64,000 bases of DNA from an uncultured Bacteroidales bacterium. GTDB taxonomy: Bacteria; Bacteroidota; Bacteroidia; Bacteroidales; Marinilabiliaceae. The notes beneath the pieces were generated by a model. The model did no database searches and was not told where the DNA came from. It was given only the letters and a program-made list of their open reading frames with translations. The translations under genes were made by a program, and so were the position numbers. The stretch's first letter is position 1. Every line of letters starts with the position of its first letter. Shown here in pieces: positions 61,600 to 64,000 of this stretch. The stretch covers positions 49,893-113,892 of the forward strand of contig CALAVC010000224.1 of assembly GCA_937892095.1 (NCBI GenBank). Reading direction: 5' to 3'.

Positions 61600-62967
61600 C
61601 TATTTGCAGTAACTGTTGATTGTCAGTCGGTCATACTCGTCTTGTGCTTTCATCATTTCTGTCCATGCATCGGTCTGCTTATCTCGCGCTTGCTGACAGA
61701 GTAGTTGAGCTTCAAGCAGTTGGCTCATCGTTGCCGTGCCAGCAGTGTAGCGATTTCGGCATAGGCGCAGATTTTCGGTGGCTTGCTCGACGCTTTCGCG
61801 TGCAATGTCGACGAGTTCAGACTTCTCAGTGGCTTCGTCGGCAGCTCGGTCCATCTGAATGCGCAGGAGTCGGGCTGTTTCGCCACGTTTTGTCTCTGCC
61901 TTGCGAACGTTTGCTTTGCCACGCTTCGATGCGTGCGAGCTACTCCACCAGTCGGTAATGGGGATGCTGACTGTTGCGAAAATCATCCCGAAGTTCGTCC
62001 CATCGCCCATAAGGTTATGGTAGTTCAGACCAGCGCCAACAGCAACACTTGGCATTGCGGCGCCAATATCCATACGACGTTGGAGCTCGGCCGCTTCAGT
62101 AGCCTTGTCGAGCAAACGCATCTCTAGTGTGTTGACCACTGCTGTCTCATGATTTGTCATGAGGGGCTTGCGGCTTGCAAGTTCATTCCCTTTCTCGACA
62201 GAAAAATTGTCGTCGGTCAGACCGCAGCGAACCGCAAGAGTTGTTCGTACGGTCCGTATGGCATTGTTGAGTTGTAAGCTTTGGGCTCGAATGTCGTTTC
62301 GGCGAAGCGCCACCTGCAAAGCATCGTTTGGCAGAGCCACGCCAGCGCGCACAGCCACGTCGACATCGCTTGCCGTTGCACTGAGCAGACTGTCGACTGC
62401 GCTGAGCGTCAGCACTTTCTCGGAGAGCGACACGAGTTGATAATACAAGTTTTCGACGTCGCGTTCGACGTCGCGAGTCGTCATTTCGGCTTGTATTTGG
62501 CTGACCGACTCGCCCACGGCTGCCAATTTGTTGCCGTTGACAATCTGTCCGCCTGCGAAGAGTGGTTGGACGACCGTCAGACTTCCTACGACACCATTTT
62601 TCATCATCGAGATGTTCATTGGGTCGGCCAAGCTGGCCACGAGTTCGGTTGGCAAGGAGCTGGCAAGCGCAGCTCCCATTTCGGGGCTAATCTGGTCGGC
62701 AAGCGAGACCTCCACGTCGACTAATGGCTTGTTTGAGCGAAAGGCAAAGCCTGTTGCACTGACATTGGGAAAATATTTGGTGAAGGCTTCGCGTCGTTGT
62801 TGTTTGGCTGCTTCGACTTCGTAGTGGGCTGCTCGCAAGCTCTCGTTGTTGGCAAGGGCAGAGTCTTGCAGTTGTGCTAGAGTGTATATTTTTTCTGTCG
62901 ACGGCTGAGCCATGCAACTTAGAGTCGCACAGAGCAGCACTGTCGCAAATAATATCATAGTCTTCAT
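61600..62967 (-). CDS. TolC-family outer-membrane efflux protein
   Basis: Signal peptide MKTMILFATVLLCATLSCMAQ, 455 aa. Two repeats of the OEP helical pattern are present (LAQLQDSALANNESLRAAHYEVEAAKQQRREA...). Confidence 0.85.
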   Translation of the reverse strand: MKTMILFATVLLCATLSCMAQPSTEKIYTLAQLQDSALANNESLRAAHYEVEAAKQQRREAFTKYFPNVSATGFAFRSNKPLVDVEVSLADQISPEMGAALASSLPTELVASLADPMNISMMKNGVVGSLTVVQPLFAGGQIVNGNKLAAVGESVSQIQAEMTTRDVERDVENLYYQLVSLSEKVLTLSAVDSLLSATASDVDVAVRAGVALPNDALQVALRRNDIRAQSLQLNNAIRTVRTTLAVRCGLTDDNFSVEKGNELASRKPLMTNHETAVVNTLEMRLLDKATEAAELQRRMDIGAAMPSVAVGAGLNYHNLMGDGTNFGMIFATVSIPITDWWSSSHASKRGKANVRKAETKRGETARLLRIQMDRAADEATEKSELVDIARESVEQATENLRLCRNRYTAGTATMSQLLEAQLLCQQARDKQTDAWTEMMKAQDEYDRLTINSYCK

Positions 62968-62972
62968 AACGT

Positions 62973-64000
62973 TTACATTTTAGGGCTTGACGGAGTCTTG
63001 AGCGACACCTTCCAATAGACCACCGGTAAGACAGTCACTACCATAATTAGCGAACCTATGCCACCAGCAAAGATTGTTATGCCGACAGGCATCCAAAACG
63101 ATGAGCCTGCCAAAATCATTGGCACGACACCCACTGCTGTTGTGGCTGTGGTCAAGAATATCGGCACCATGCGCCGTCGTCCTGCCTCGTAGGCAGCATT
63201 GCGTACGGCTCTATTATAGGCTTCGCAGTCGACCGTCCAATCGCCATGCTCGGCAATGTGCTTGTCGATTAGGTCTATGGCATGCTCAAAAATCAATATC
63301 TCGTTGCGCATAATCATGCCCATGAGTGTGATTAGCCCAAAGACCGATGTCAGACCCAGTGTGGTGTTACAAGTAGCATTGGCATGAAATATTGGCGTGC
63401 CGAGTCGATGGCTGCTTTGTGCGGCTCGTAGCCTTTGCCAAGATACTCCAAGTAGCCGTCTATGACAACAATGCTATTGTCGACCACCATCCCCAACACC
63501 ACAATTATTTGTTCTGGTCTGTCGCCAAAAGATTTGACGGCAGCCACCGAAGGTATGCGCCTCAGTTGGTCGGCAATTTCGTCGCTATATTCGTGGAGTT
63601 CGCTGTAGCTTCGGCTGTCGCTCTCAATGGCAATGAGCAGTGCCGAGGTGTTGCCAAAGTCGTCGTTGACCACAAGTGCCAGCACGCCACTGGGCAATTG
63701 CGACTTAAATGTGATAGTCCGTGTTTGATTTTAGACCACACTTCGTCTTTGTTGTTCACGTCGTCGTTGAGTGTCACCATGACTATGCACATTCCGTCTT
63801 GCGATGTCGTGGTAGTCTTGTTGCGCTTCACTTCGCCAAAAGTGAAAAGGTAGCGTTCGAGCGGACGAGCCACTTGTAGCTCCACGTCTTCTGCCGAAGC
63901 TCCGGGGTATACTGCCACGACAACTCCCTGCCGAATGGTTGCGGCTGGAAATTCATCTTTGGGCATTTGGTCCAAGCCGAAGATGCCCAACACGAAAAGT
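62973..64000 (-). pseudogene. RND-family efflux permease remnant (frameshifted, with large internal deletions; continues past the right edge)
   Basis: Three minus-strand ORF fragments carry RND segments in the correct order. An N-terminal periplasmic loop (PAATIRQGVVVAVYPGASAEDVE...) spans 63562-63993. LPSGVLALVVNDDFG... joins directly to a TM4-like VVDNSIVVIDGYLEY at 63350-63697. The C-terminal FGLITLMGMIMRNEILIFEH...PIFLTTATTAVGVVPMIL... spans 62973-63323. Together these cover ~1 kb, against ~3.1 kb for an intact gene. Confidence 0.8.

Noticed and set aside
1-64000. CRISPR arrays, rRNA genes, transposases, integrases, phage structural genes or recognisable known defence systems
   Set aside because: No regularly spaced direct repeats were seen, no rRNA-like sequence, and no DDE/serine/tyrosine recombinase motifs in any of the listed ORFs. 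Apart from the tandem cassette at 16658-19486 and the short repeats reported above, no repeats were noticed. The scan was by eye, so short or degenerate elements could have been missed.

Overview
All calls below come from reading the sequence and the six-frame ORF track and from remembered family motifs. No database search, HMM, RNA-folding or alignment program was run, so family names are hypotheses until tested.

The window looks like a gene-dense chromosomal segment of a Bacteroidota (probably Bacteroidales) genome. Supporting signs are a SusC/SusD pair, a protein with a T9SS C-terminal sorting domain, TAnnTTTG-type -7 promoter boxes, the sigma54-activator/LptE/SecG gene order, and a DUF2723 glycosyltransferase.

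- **Housekeeping genes:** ribD, prmC, acpH, trxA, secG, dtd, deoC, kdsB, thiSEG, fabH, dus, comM and one tRNA-Asn(GTT).
- **Envelope and glycan genes:** several GT2 and GT4 glycosyltransferases, a WbpA/B/D/E-like set for a 2,3-diacetamido-hexuronic acid, an LpxL-like acyltransferase, an LTA-synthase-family transferase, a polysaccharide deacetylase and OmpA-family proteins.
- **Not found:** rRNA, CRISPR array, transposase or integrase.

**Main candidate for an undescribed system (12228-20620).** This is an eight-gene, same-strand cluster. It encodes a SiaB-like GHKL kinase and a SiaC-like DUF1987 phosphoprotein that keeps Thr68. It has none of the PP2C phosphatase or GGDEF partners known from Pseudomonas. 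These are followed by a 1079-aa ABCG-like transporter with a ~290-aa non-transport N-terminal extension. Next comes a tandemly duplicated cassette of a helical lipoprotein plus a small Cys-containing secreted protein, then an SPFH/band-7 protein, and the cluster ends at a strong terminator.

**Secondary observations:**
- Localized gene decay: a 5'-truncated nadB abutting the susC start, an RND pump reduced to about 1 kb beside an intact TolC-family gene, and an OmpA domain reduced to its last ~30 aa.
- A minimal SusC/SusD locus whose only partner is a LamG/T9SS protein.
- A lower-GC orphan gene at the left edge.
- A thiSEG operon with no recognizable TPP riboswitch.
- A three-gene secreted-protein operon with two distantly paralogous lipoproteins flanking a beta-barrel.
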